From assembly GCA_043228905.1 (NCBI GenBank), contig JBHGNT010000116.1, forward strand, positions 1 through 64,000: 64,000 bases of DNA, in the 5' to 3' direction. This stretch comes from Azolla caroliniana (Eukaryota > Plantae > Polypodiophyta). This document shows, one piece after another, positions 1-12,217 of this stretch. Within the stretch, counting starts at the first letter, position 1, and each line of letters opens with the position of its first letter. The notes beneath the pieces are model-generated. The model was given only the letters and a program-made list of their open reading frames with translations. It did not search any database and was not told where the DNA came from. Both the position numbers and the translations under genes were made by a program.

Positions 1-216
1 CCTCCGTTTCTGTACATAAGGGCGTGAGTTGGGTCGGCGTGGTGTGTGCGTGTGTGGGTGCGAGTCGGGGTCAAGCACGCTCTCTCTCTCTCTTTCTCTC
101 TCCCGTTCGGTTGCTTCCGGAACGTGCCCGGAATCGTCTTCTCGGCTTCCCTTCTTCCCTAGTCCGAGACCCCCGTGGTCCCGCCCTTCTACACGCACGC
201 GTGTAACAACGCGACA
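1..216 (+). mobile_element. 3' part of an LTR of the tRNA-Trp Gypsy group (rest outside the window)
   Basis: Ends ...GTGTAACAACGCGACA. Closely resembles LTR 59179-59931 and the reverse complement of 17262-17322. Followed by ACGC, not a PBS. Confidence 0.9.
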
Positions 217-1155
217 ACGCTTTTGTATGCCAAGCAATATTCATCTTCGAAAAAATGGGAACCTGAAGGCGGTTGCCAATTCTTACTTTGTATGCCAAGT
301 ACAATAGTCTATGGAGCTAAACAAATGCCAATTGAGACAAAAGGACAGTTGCATAGTGACTTGGTAGAAGAACAGAAACACTTATTGCTCCAAGCCTTAA
401 CAGAAAAAAGGAAGCATATTGAGGCTGCAAAGAAATATGCCGCACAACAAGACACGTCATGGTGGGATGTGTTTTATAGTGATCAGAAAGGAATTATTAA
501 CAATTATGTATCTGGTTATAATTGGACATTGGAAATGCCATTCACATGGTCGCTACAACATGATCGTGTAAATAAATCACCAGAGCAAGCAACTAATGTG
601 ATTAATGACAGTTTGGTCCATCCACAACAAAGAGACATTTATGTGGGACCAAGGATGACCAAAGTAGCTGAAGCTAGATGGCAAGGCAATTTGCAAGAGC
701 TCGCGGTGGGGATGTTGATTGCAACACCCGCTAATGACAACGAACAAGGCCACCAATTTTGGATTGGTAAAATTCTAGAAGTGTTGATGCATGAAATAGA
801 AAAAACGATCAAGTCTATAAAAGTGCATTGGTACAACACTAGAAGTCAAAATGCTTTTACGGGTAAGTATACATTGGAGATGACGGAATGCCCGACGACA
901 AGGGGACGTAGGAGGAGGAAACGAAACATTCGTAACACCTCGACCCTTGATATCTCTGATGTGCATATCATCATGTACGACTTCACGCTTACAAAAGCTG
1001 GACATTTAAGGAAGTCAACAATAGATATAATAAAAGAAAATTTACCTAGTCTAGAAGGTGGTTTGAGTCGAAGGCAAACGAGATTTGGTACACATAATCT
1101 AGAGTCACACCATTTGGTTTATGATGAAGATAATGCATTGATTGGTACATCCTAG
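217..1155 (+). pseudogene. C-terminal remnant of a probable DNA-transposon protein, cut at its 5' end by the LTR
   Basis: About 310 open codons in AT-rich DNA with a FWIGKI...KVHWY beta-rich motif. GATCCTTCCA is repeated downstream at 1532 and 1551. Family assignment is uncertain. Confidence 0.5.
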
Positions 1156-1771
1156 GATGACGAGGACTCTTTATTTTATATTGGCTATAGTTATTGTAGT
1201 GATTCTTCGTAAAGAAGTGATCATGAATGTATTTTTGTCTATTAAGTGTAACGACCTTCCGCTTGTAACAAATCGAGTAATATAAAAGCATGTGTTTTGA
1301 ATTCTTTCGATTCCTATGAATATTGTTTCTTATAAAAAACATTGGTTGTAAATTTTGTGATGTAAATTGAGAATGTAACTTTTTGAAATTTCACTTTATT
1401 TATTTATTTTTAAATCACGAAAATGGTGGATTTTAAACCTTTTTCATAGTATATTTGATAATATATGATATTTGTATCAGTGTGTTTTGTATTATCACTG
1501 AAAAAGTACTGAAATCAAACGGAATATTCCTGATCCTTCCATTTATGCACGATCCTTCCACTTGTGAACGCGAACTTGTTCATAAATTATAATAACCTAT
1601 CTCCATATATTGTTTTTCCTTATTTGTCTCTCTCTCTACTCTACCCACATACACACAATCTCTCTCTTTAACGGCTCTCTATGTTGTCATCGTCTGTTGT
1701 GCTACTATCATCTGTTGTTGCCATCTGCCGCCGTTGTCTACTAGAAGAGAAACTCTACTCTTGCTCTTTCA

Positions 1772-3266
1772 ATGGCTCTCGAGGTATCTCGGGAAGACGG
1801 TGGAATATCCTCCATAGAGGATATAAATGAAGAGATTAAAAAAGTTAAAGAGGAAGTTAAAAACGACATGGAGTTAGCTAAAATGGGTTGGGTAGACATG
1901 GTAAAACGAAACATTAAAAAGGAAATAAAAGATGAAAATATTCTGAACACTACCCTTGAAGAAGAGAAAATGTGTCAGGCCCGACGCTTAAATGTACGTG
2001 TCACTAGACTCAAGGAAGGTGCATCCCTTGAAGAAGATGCACAAACACTTGGGAAAATGTTAGGGTACATAGAGGCCCTACCAATCACTAAAACTTGGAG
2101 GGTTGGATGTGACACAACTAGGAAGAGAGCCTTAGTCCTTTGGTTTAAAGACTTGGAATCTTGAATCACATATTTTAAGAAGAGACCAATTCTTTGAGGA
2201 TTAGGTGCGGACCCTATCTATCTAGATAAATACCTCACTAAAATGCAAATTGAGCACCGCAAAAGTTGTATGCCATGAATCATGAAGCTCGTAAAGAAGG
2301 GCATCGCACCTTTTATCGGGATGGATGAATGATAATAAATGATCGTGCTATTAATTGATGGCGTGTGGCCCATGTGACAGAAAATACACTTAGGATGACC
2401 TTATAGAATTGTAACGGCACGCTTTGGACATACCTTGACCACCTAGAGGAGATATTAAAGGTATCATATATACTTTTCTTGGTAAAAACACACCAAAGCC
2501 CAAATAGAGGACTCCCACGAGTCGAAGGATTTCATTGGGAGTCCGTATTTAGACAAACCTCATGTCGACACACTACTAGAGTATCTGGAGGTGTTGCAAT
2601 ATTGTTTCAGAGAGCGCGACATAATAGGATAGAAATACTAAGGACGAACCTAGAAGCTCGTTTTATGTGGGTGAAAGTCTTCACTAGCAAGGACATCTCG
2701 CCATTTGTTACTTTCCCCCAAAAGGTTCCCATTATAATATGGCTGGAGAGGCGAGGTTAGTTGATGAAGGAATGCCACATGTGCCTTCTCCGTACAAACC
2801 TTTATCAAATGGCTTAATCCAATATTCTTCCCAATGAGAAGTCTTCCTTGTTGGAGATTTCAATGCAAGAACCCAATCTCAACAATGCACAATATTTCAG
2901 ATGAATAACAACCTAGAAATGGTAAATGTCGATCCCTTAGACATGGACACCACATGTAGATCAAAAGATCAAGGTGCGGATGCCACAAGATTTGACAATC
3001 ATCTACTCGAACTTGGCAGTCGGCATCGGATGATCATATATAATGGTTTAGCCAAGTGGCCAAGCTCGGAAGATCTCACATGTTTCGCACATGGAGGGGA
3101 AAGCACAGTTGATTATCTAATAGGATGTCCTAAAGCTATCCACATGATTAACTCCTTCTAGATGGCCCCATGTCTTGTTGGCATAGACCATAGTTTCTTA
3201 TACTTTGAGCTAAAATGTGATATCTCCACGGTCACCAACTCTAGTCAACCAAGCCATCACACCACA
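1772..3266 (+). mobile_element. Degenerate non-LTR retrotransposon 5' part (ORF1 plus AP endonuclease), truncated at the hAT end
   Basis: Coiled-coil ORF1 with RRLNVRV. Endonuclease motifs GGVAIL, VGDFNART, STVDY and DH, broken by stops. Confidence 0.75.
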
Positions 3267-3454
3267 TAGGGATCAACAACAGCTCGGTTCAAGCCTAAAC
3301 CGTTTGGCTTAAAGCGGCTTAGTGGCTCTACTCGACTCGGTTTAGGCTTGAGCCTGCATTAACGGTTTGAGCTCGGATCGGCTTGGCTTGAGCCTCGCCA
3401 AACCGGCTCAAGACGTTTAAGTGATTTAATTAGTAATTACTATAGTTTATTACT

Positions 3455-3570
3455 AAAGTCTAAGGTCTAAGTTCTAACTAGTCACGAGTCTAAGTTCTAA
3501 CTCAAGTCTAAGTAGTTGTGACTCAAGTTTAACTTCTAACTTCTAACTAGTCACGAGTCACGAGTCTATT
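3455..3570. repeat. Short subterminal repeats (AAGTCTAAG, TTCTAACT, AGTCACGAGTC)
   Basis: Directly visible just inside the left inverted end. Confidence 0.7.
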
Positions 3571-3708
3571 GTCTGCACATAGACTCCAGAGTGACAACTT
3601 AGGTAATAGGACTCTAGTCTCTCGACGCAGACATACGACTTAGGTAATAGGCCTCTCGACACAGACAGTGACCAATCCATCAACAGAGACACACGCGCGT
3701 GCGCACGT

Positions 3709-3734
3709 GAGAGAGAGAGAGAGAGAGAGAGAGA
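3709..3734. repeat. (GA)n microsatellite, left flank of L1
   Basis: Visible. The tract resumes at 8218-8228. Confidence 0.95.
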
Positions 3735-6700
3735 TTTGCAGGACATTGTTTCCATTGTGGTGTGTTGGGGCATTTTATGGCTGAATGTCCTCAAAAAAGA
3801 AATAATGTAGTGGAAGTGGTACATGAAGAGCCTACAACTCATGATCAGATTCAAGCTTTGACAATTTCAGAGCAAACAAAGGAACCACAAATTTTGAATG
3901 AGAAGGATGGAAAGACTCTAGAGGATGAAGGACAATGGTCAATAGTTTCTGGAAAGATGAAGAAGTCTAATAAAAATGTTGGGCATAATGTATCTATGGA
4001 GAAGGTCACACTAACACATCCCATGCGGAATAAACCATGGGCTCGTCAAGAGGACTATCCAAAGAAATTATCTTTTGATAATAAAGGTAATTTGTATGTT
4101 CCTTGGAATAAACGGAAATCGGTGCCTCGTTGACATGAGGAGCCATCGGGGCCTAGAGTTTTGCATTCCCATAGTAATTCATATGCAATCTTAGGGGATT
4201 TATTTCAAGATATGGCAGAAACATTAATAGTGAAGGAGAAGGAGCTTTCTCGAATAAAAGGAAAAAATTAAGTATGAAGACCACCACATGGAATGTGAGG
4301 GGATTGTGTTCTAGATTTAGAATGCATGAGGTTTGGAGGATTGTGTTAAAAGAGCAATGGGATGTTTTATGTGTAGTAGAGCATAAAGATCATCGTAATG
4401 CTGGTTTAATTAGTTATTCTAAGGGTTATACATTATGTTATGTTGGCAAGGTTCATGGGGATTATTCTGGGATTATCCTGTTTATAAGAGATAAATTTCA
4501 CCCAAAAGTAATTGTTTCAGATGAATTTGGAAGATTTATTGTGGTAGAGATATGTTATGAAGGGCAAGCTCTTTGGTTAGTTGTTGTGTATGCATCAAAT
4601 GTTTCACAAGAACGAAAGTTGTTATGGAGATCTCTAAACTCAGTGCTTGATAATGGTAGACCGGGTTTATTGATGGGAGATTTTAATGTTTGTTGTGAGA
4701 CAGATCAATCAACATCTATCCACTCTATTATGGATGGACCAGAGGCTCAAGAATGGGGAGATTTTGAGACTGAAGTCATGTTAAGGGATGTATGGAAATG
4801 GATCAAGGGAGATGAACCTGGTTATACCTTTCAATCGACTCAATATAAGGATACTTGGAGTAGGTTGGATCGAATGTATGTAATGCATACCGAAGGTTTT
4901 TTACCTGAGATTTTGGATATTTCAATGTCTTATGGGTCAATTATATCATGTCATTTCCCATTAATTTTTGAGTTCAATCACCACTCAATTAGAGGTTTTC
5001 ATGAGGTTTTAGGAAAACCACCGTTGATGTTTAATTCATCGTTTTTGGATCATGAGGTCTTCCATGCCTATATGTGTCAATTGATTGATGCATTTGCTTA
5101 TCGTGTTCAATTTGATGGGTATGAAGTGTGGGAAGTATTTGTTGCAAATGTTCAGAGGTTAACTAGATATTATGGAATTCACCATGCTTTTAAAAGGAGA
5201 AAGAAATTAAGTCTCCTAGTTAATTTGCTTGATAAATGCAACTCATTGTTAACTTATTGGCCAATGGATGTAGAGTTGATGGGATATCAAGAGGTATTAA
5301 TTTCTGCGATGCATGACCTAACGGCAAAAAATTATCAACATGCTAGACTACATCGTCTAAGACAAGAAGTGGATGATGCTAATTGTCAATCACATAAGTT
5401 TTTTCATGACCTTCATGAATCACATGCACGACATAATGTGGTAAGGTTAGAGGAAAATGGTATCATGTGTTCCGATCCTCAAGAAATTGTGAAGAAATGC
5501 ATAGAATATTATACACAATTGTTGGATGTACAAGTGTGTATCGATGATAATGTTAAAAAGGATAGAGATGTATTTTTTAATGGAATGAAAAATCATGTAT
5601 CGCATGATGTGGCACAATCATTAGATGCTAATATTTCAGAGGATGAGGTGGAACATGTCATGTCACATCTTGCTAATGATAAGAGTCCTAGGTGGGATGG
5701 ATTAACACATGAACTCTTTAAGAAATATGTGATTAAGTTAAAGGGGCCTTTTACGATTTTATTTCAGAAAGTGTGGACATCAGGGGAAATGCCTCATTCT
5801 TGGAAGATTGGTTTGATCAAGCTTTTGCCGAAGGTGCTTTCTCCATCTTCCTTTGCTCAATGGAGGCCTATTTCATTAATGGGGGGGATGTACAAGATTT
5901 TTGCAAAAGTGATGGCCAATAGGTTGCATAAGGTTTTACCTTCTATTATTCATAATGTTCAATATGGGTTTTTAGCAAAAAGAGACATTTTACATAATAT
6001 TTTAAATGTTCAAATGGCGATTGACTATACAAAGAAGTCTAAACAAGAATTAGTGTTGCTACAATTGGATATCGAGAAAGCCTATGATAATGTGGATTGG
6101 TCATTTATAAATCAATTGATGTCTCACATGGGTTTTGGTGATCGTATGTCTAAGTTGATATACACATTAGGGGAGGGTTCGGTTTCACATGTGATGTTTC
6201 ATGGAGGAGTAACACAACCGATTTCTATTTGGAAGTCAGTTAGACAAGGATGCTTGGTAAGTCCTTTACTATTCACTATCGTGACACATCCTATTCTTGT
6301 TAAGTTACACAATATGGCTATGGAGGAAAAATTGCTTGGAATAAGGCTGCCATCAAGGAAGCCATGTATTGTTCAAGCTCTCGCAAATGACCATATTATG
6401 TTTTTGGCACCTAATCGGGAAAATATTAGTAAGACGAGATGTGTGGGAATTGTTTTCAAATGCTTCAGGGTTGAGAATTAATATACATAAATATGTCCTC
6501 ATTTCATGTACAGAACAAGATGTGTTAGGGTTGGGGTGGTTAGGAAGGATAGTACATCGTGGTATGATTTGTCGTCATCTTGGATATCCAATTGGGTGGA
6601 AGTTTCTCATGTGAAACTTATTGAGTGGGTATCCAAAAGGTTGGAGGATAAGTTTATGTATTGGAGGTCTCAATTTTGGCCTTTTCATGTACGACTTAAG

Positions 6701-8217
6701 GTGGTCCAATCGATTATGGTCTCTATGGTATCTTATTATCTTCCTTTGCTCCCATGGTCAAAGAAAGCCCTTGAAATGTTGTCACGCTCGATGTGAATGT
6801 TGTTATGGAAAAGAAAAGGGAAAAGTGTCTTGTCATGGTTGGCATGGGATCATGTTTGTACTCCGAAGTGTCTTGGTGGGGCATCAATATTGAATCTATA
6901 TCGATTTACTTTCATTCAATTTATGTTTCAAGGTGTACAACCTTGGACAAAAATGGTGGCATACTTTATAGAGAAGAACGGAATAAAGCTTGGAAACATG
7001 AAGGTTGAAGCAAATTGGTGGAATGTAATTAATTCTGACAGGGATGCCAAATGTACAGGGTCTATGATAGTTAATCATTTGTTGACATCTTGGCAAAGTA
7101 TGTTGGATTTTGTGGAATGGCATCGCCCACAAGAAAGAGGATGTGCCAATTCATTACAAATGGAGGTTTTGGCAACATCAAGGTTGTTGAGGTGGGAAGG
7201 TAAATAAATTCTTAACCTTCAATTTAATCGGATGGCTAGATTGGGTTTGGTAACAGTTAAGGATGCTATGTTGGTTTCACAAAGAAGATTAATGGCTTTT
7301 CGAACAATAATATCAATATTTCATATTCCAAAAGGTTATAACTTTATTTGGGATAGTAACAACAAATATTATCTTCGCATGAGCCAATTACTAATTTAGA
7401 TGGGCAATCTCAAGAGCTTGATTGGAGGTTTGTTGGAAATAAGAGATTGACTATGATCTCAACAAATGTTGCTTATCACAAGTTGATTGACAAACATAAG
7501 TGGTTGGAAGAAAGGGTTATAAAGATATGGGGTTTTCATAAGCCCATTACTTGGTGGTTTCATGTGATCAAGGCAGGTTGGTGTTCTCGATTGATGCTAC
7601 GAGCCAAGGTATTTATTTGGAGAGTTATGGTTGGAGCTTTACCATTAGGGGATGCATTAAAAAAAAGAAACATTACTAAAGGATTGTGTTTCTTTTGTTC
7701 GGTGGAATTGGAATATAGTAGGCATCGATTTATTTCATGCCCGATGGCAAGGATGGTTTGGAGGTGTATCAGTTTAGTGTGGATGTCTCTAACAAGAGTA
7801 AGTCTATCTTCCTTCAGTTGGGTTTTTGCACATATGGAGAACAGTGAACCGATGCCTCGTTTTCAAATTATTTTTGAGTTCTTGAGGTATTGGGGGCTAT
7901 GGTTCAATTAGAATATGCGTAATGCCTTCATTTTTTATTCGCAAGTTGGGGTGAGAAAATATGTTCTAAAGTTAAAAGGACTTCTTTTGTGGCAATTGAT
8001 AGTGCTAGAGAACTCATGAAATCTCAACCAGGAAGAGAGAGAACTCTGCAAGGTCACATATCATCATACTCGCCATTTGAATTGGTGTGTAGGGTGGCAT
8101 TGAGTTTGGTGTCGTAGTATTCTTTAGATCCCTTGATAGAAGGGGTTCTATACTTTGTAGTAAGTTAGTCATGGTGGTGTTTTGTTCTTTCGTAATGAAA
8201 GCCATTATTTACGAAAA
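3735..8217 (+). mobile_element. 5'-truncated L1-clade LINE
   Basis: ORF1 end with zinc knuckle CFHCGVLGHFMAEC, ORF2 EN-RT-zf-RVT, short A tail, GA repeat on both sides. Confidence 0.9.
4274..8090 (+). pseudogene. L1 ORF2 (endonuclease, reverse transcriptase, zf-RVT), frameshifted after ~6440
   Basis: TWNVRGL, MGDFN, SRLDRMY, WRPISL, LDIEKAYDNVDW, VRQGC, and CFFC...HRFISC. Confidence 0.9.
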
Positions 8218-8620
8218 GAGAGAGAGAGGTCTGCTGCATAGTAGAAAGTGGAAGACGACGACCTATTGTTGCTACCTACATGCGTCGTGCAGTCCTAAGC
8301 CTACAAAGTGCGTACCTCCATCCTCCAACTTTTCAAGTAAGATTCGCAATGCAATTATGCACATATATGATATAGTCAATTACTTTACCTCATATGACAT
8401 ACACTACCCACAATGTAATAAGTCATGATTAGAGTAGGACATTTATATGGTTGGAAAAGATAGGATGAGCTTTTAACACAAAGGAAGAACTAACAATCAT
8501 CTACATAAAGGTAGGTTTTTACTAGCAATATGAGCTTGCCATATTCATATGTAACCAAGTAAAACTAATAATCCATAATGGATTTTAAGTTAACTTATTG
8601 ATATAACAACATTTTATTGT

Positions 8621-8645
8621 CACACACACACACACACACACACAC
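8621..8645. repeat. (CA)n microsatellite
   Basis: Visible. Confidence 0.95.
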
Positions 8646-9176
8646 CATTATCTCTTTTGCTGACCAACTTAATTAACACATACACGCCCTAAGAACCATA
8701 TGATCAAATGAAAAGAAGTAAATGAATATTGAAAATGACCTTCGAAGGCCGATCATAGTTAGAAGATAGTATGACTCATGAGCTACAAATTGGTACTTTA
8801 TTGTCCTAAAATTTGTATAATGCTCTCTCCCATTTTCATATTATTTGGAAGTAATTGATTATCAAATTGTGGGTAATGTAATAAGGTACCTCAGATATAC
8901 TATACTTTTCATTTTGGTGATGTAGGAACTTCCTACATGACCAAAATGTAGATGCATGTAGGTATGTTCTTGTAGATGAATTTTGTAAGCTTTCCAACCA
9001 TTTTATTTTGGTTATAGGTACATTTCAAAAGAATTCATTATTGTTTATAACCAAAATTTTATAGGTACATACATTGGTATGGAAGAGGCGACATCAATAT
9101 CAACCCCTAGAGGCAAAACAATATCTTTTATAACCTATATTTTATTTTAGTTTGGTTATAGGTACATACATTTATA

Positions 9177-9500
9177 TGGAAGAGGCAACATCAATATCAG
9201 CCCCTAGAGGCAAAACAAGGCAACACATTATCTCCATTAAGGACGGAGATGCATATAAGCGTCGATGTGCCTATTGTCACTTGTTGTGGGCAAGCTCTAC
9301 ATCTACAGGTTCTATCGCCAAGCATTTATTAGATAAGCATAACATTAATAGCACATCACAACCACAAACTTCTAGCAATGTTCTTATCCAAAGTAACATA
9401 GATGCTACTTCATCTACATTAACTGTACATCTCGTAATCTAGGGAAGAATTTTGATTGTACTATCGTTAGATACATAGTCACATCAATGCTACCTCATGC
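9177..9500 (+). pseudogene. BED zinc-finger fragment of a hAT transposase
   Basis: RCAYCHLLWASSTSTGSIAKHLLDKH matches CxxC...HxxxxH. Confidence 0.75.
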
Positions 9501-9504
9501 ACAT

Positions 9505-10297
9505 ATTGACTTTTGCACACAACGAGGATTGGTAGTGAACCTAGGGAAAACTAAAGTTCTTATCTTCCACACATTGGCTCAAGTTATAACTAAGTGTCAC
9601 CTAACCATCTCCCATAGCCCAGTTGAGCTAGTTGGATCATATGTATATCTCGAAGTCACTTTCAATGGCTGCTAAGGTAATTTTTCGATGACACAGGCAG
9701 CGAAGGATAGACTTACGAGAGGACATGCATCCATCTCACTGTTAGAGAGATGATGCCAATAAGCATACTTTCAAGAGCCACGGACTAAGGGGTGACTCTT
9801 CAACTCATTAGTGACCCCCTCCCTCATGTATGCATCTATAGTTTGGGCTCCATAGCTACCATCTTTCATGTGGATGCAATTGGAGAGACCATTGGTGATG
9901 ATGCTATCACACCAACTCCGAAGCAAATCGACAATGCCACATGACGTTATTAGAGCTGAGTTCACTTTACCCCCGATGTTAGTAGAAGCACTCGTTCAAC
10001 TTGTAGTCTTTATTCACAAGATACATAGCCAACCACATGATAGGATATCTCATCAAGCTTTTGAGGCATCTTGATCAAAATATGAGTCTGGCTATACTAG
10101 CTCATGATATGGCATGATGGTGAGTTGGCTTCTTGCAAACGGTCTAGACATTACTAACTTACCTCCCCTTAGGTACAACCACGCGATTAATAACACTTTA
10201 ATCTCTCATGAGGACCGTAATAAAGTAATATGCCAAGAAATATGGCAAATTTACACTCGGTATGAATGGATCACCCCACTAGAACCACTCCCAAACC
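9505..10297 (+). mobile_element. Degenerate LINE RT C-terminal fragment (RTE/L2-like)
   Basis: FCTQRGLVVNLGKTKVLIF, SYVYL, LFNSLVTPSLMYASIVW; many stops. Confidence 0.75.
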
Positions 10298-10750
10298 AAA
10301 CTGGTTAAGCCTAAACCATTTTGGGGTTCTCAAACTTGAACCAAACCAAACCAATCCCTAAACTGGTTCGGCCTAACCCGGTTTTGGAACCATCGTAAGA
10401 ACCTATTATTGAATTGGTTTGGGAACCTCACCATTATTTTTCTTCCCCTTAACCTCAAACAACATCATCATCAGCACCACTACCACCATCTCCATCTCAA
10501 ATACAAATATATGATGGCTATGGAGACATGCATGCCAATTTTTCCTGCTTCTACAAGACACCTTGCTTGCTAGCACATGGACATGGCTTTCCCTAGGCCT
10601 TGCCCCCATAGCCAGCTTAATCCGAGCTTTCTTCACTCGGCCTTGTCTCTATGAACCTCTCTCTCTTACTCTCCTCCTCCCACAAATCAATACAATATGT
10701 TAGGTGAGGAAAATGAAGCCATAAAAGGTAAGGAAAATGATTGTATTAAA

Positions 10751-10790
10751 GAAGAAGAAGAAGAAGAAGAAGAAGAAGAAGAAGAAGAAG
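10751..10790. repeat. (GAA)n microsatellite
   Basis: About 13 units visible. Confidence 0.95.
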
Positions 10791-11424
10791 AGGGTGTCTG
10801 CTTTGAGAAGCAATTTGGGTGGGATAATTGCTAGAAACTAAGCTTGGCATGTTATGGGCATGCCACATAGACTCAATTTTTAGCCAGATAAATTGGGGGA
10901 AAATATCAGTGGCTATTATCAAAGAAGATCATCACGGGAAGAGATCAACGACCATCATCAAAGAACCTAAAGTTTGGGAGTGCCGAAGAGGATCAGTGAA
11001 TCAGTGATTAAAACAATGTCACTAATTGCATAAAGGCGTCTAGACTACAGGCAGTCCTGCTCGTCGTCATCCACTATGTAGTATACATGCTCCCTCCCTC
11101 CCTCTCATACGTTTGTGTAGTCTCTGATTCAATAGTCGTTGCCTATGGCTATGGCTTCCTCTCCATGAGTCAACTTATCTCTCTCAAGTTTCTAACTAAT
11201 TTCTAACTTTTAGGTTTTTCTATAACCTAACTAACCAATCACATAAACGGCTTAACCGGTTTGAGCCGGTTTGGCAAGGCTCAAGCCAAGCCGAACCGAG
11301 CTCAAACCGTTTAGCCAAGCCGAGCCATTAAGCCGCTTTAGCTAAACGGTTTAGGCTTGAGCCGAGCCGTTCTCGATCCCTAGTAGAAACAATTAAGAAA
11401 ATAAGGGAACATGAGCTACACCGT

Positions 11425-11733
11425 TGTCACGGAAATCCGTGCATACGTGTTGAAACGAGGCGGGACCATCGGGGTCTCAGACCAAGGAGCCGGTGATAGA
11501 GGGAAGGTTATCCGGATCGGTTTTTGGATAACTAGGTCAGATCGGTTTCCAAACACGTATCCAGTCCAGATCAATTCCCGAATGTCGAACGGCGAGCACT
11601 CGGGCTCAGAGACAAATATTGCTCCGAACTGGTAGCCTGATAGCAACGACGAGCTCGTGGGCACACACGCACGGATACGCACACATAACAGGATTAGAAC
11701 GGAGATAGGAACACAGCTCAGGACACGACGAAC
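11425..11733 (-). mobile_element. LTR J (U5 end), interrupted by Copia; probably continues at ~46443-46704
   Basis: Starts TGTCAC and has the group's U5 motif GGCGGGACC-N5-GGTC. Preceded by CCGT. Confidence 0.65.
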
Positions 11734-12217
11734 TGTTGAGCGGCAAGCTGAATTGGAGCCGGATCGGCTGAATAAGCCTGAGCCAGTGAGCGAGACGGAT
11801 CGGTGAGCCAGTGAGCAAAGAGTCGGTGAGCTGGGGAGCCGGTTAGCTGGATCCATCAATAACCGGAAGCAGCTAGACTACTAGGGAGTTATTACTCTTG
11901 TAGTTAGTGTCAGATGCTCGAGTGAGGATTGAAGTACACCGTACTTCTGTCAGTCCGTATGGACTTGTATAAAAGTGTTCGCTGAACACATACTATGTAC
12001 AGAGTGTTGATATAGTTTTTTGAATAGTGATTCTCTCTCTACGCTCTCTGTCTCTCCCGCATACTATTAAGCTCTCCATTAAACCTGTTTTCTGTTTTCT
12101 GTTTTCTGTTTTCTATTGCTTCCGCACGCTATTTGTTTTAGAGCACGAGGGTCGAGAACCTCTACAGCGACATACGCTTTCGCAAGAAGAAAACCTAACC
12201 TTTGAATGGATAGAGGA

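Larger units (their letters stand above)
3267..11382 (+). mobile_element. hAT-like DNA transposon derivative with long imperfect terminal inverted repeats
   Basis: TAGGGATC... at 3267-3420 is the reverse complement of ~11245-11382 (...GATCCCTA). It contains a BED finger fragment. No 8-bp TSD was found. Confidence 0.75.

Noticed and set aside
175-216. N-terminus of the 326-aa ORF
   Set aside because: It is LTR sequence fused in frame by chance.
3267-3660. CRISPR-like repeat array
   Set aside because: Irregular transposon subterminal repeats, no constant repeat-spacer period, no cas genes, eukaryotic context.
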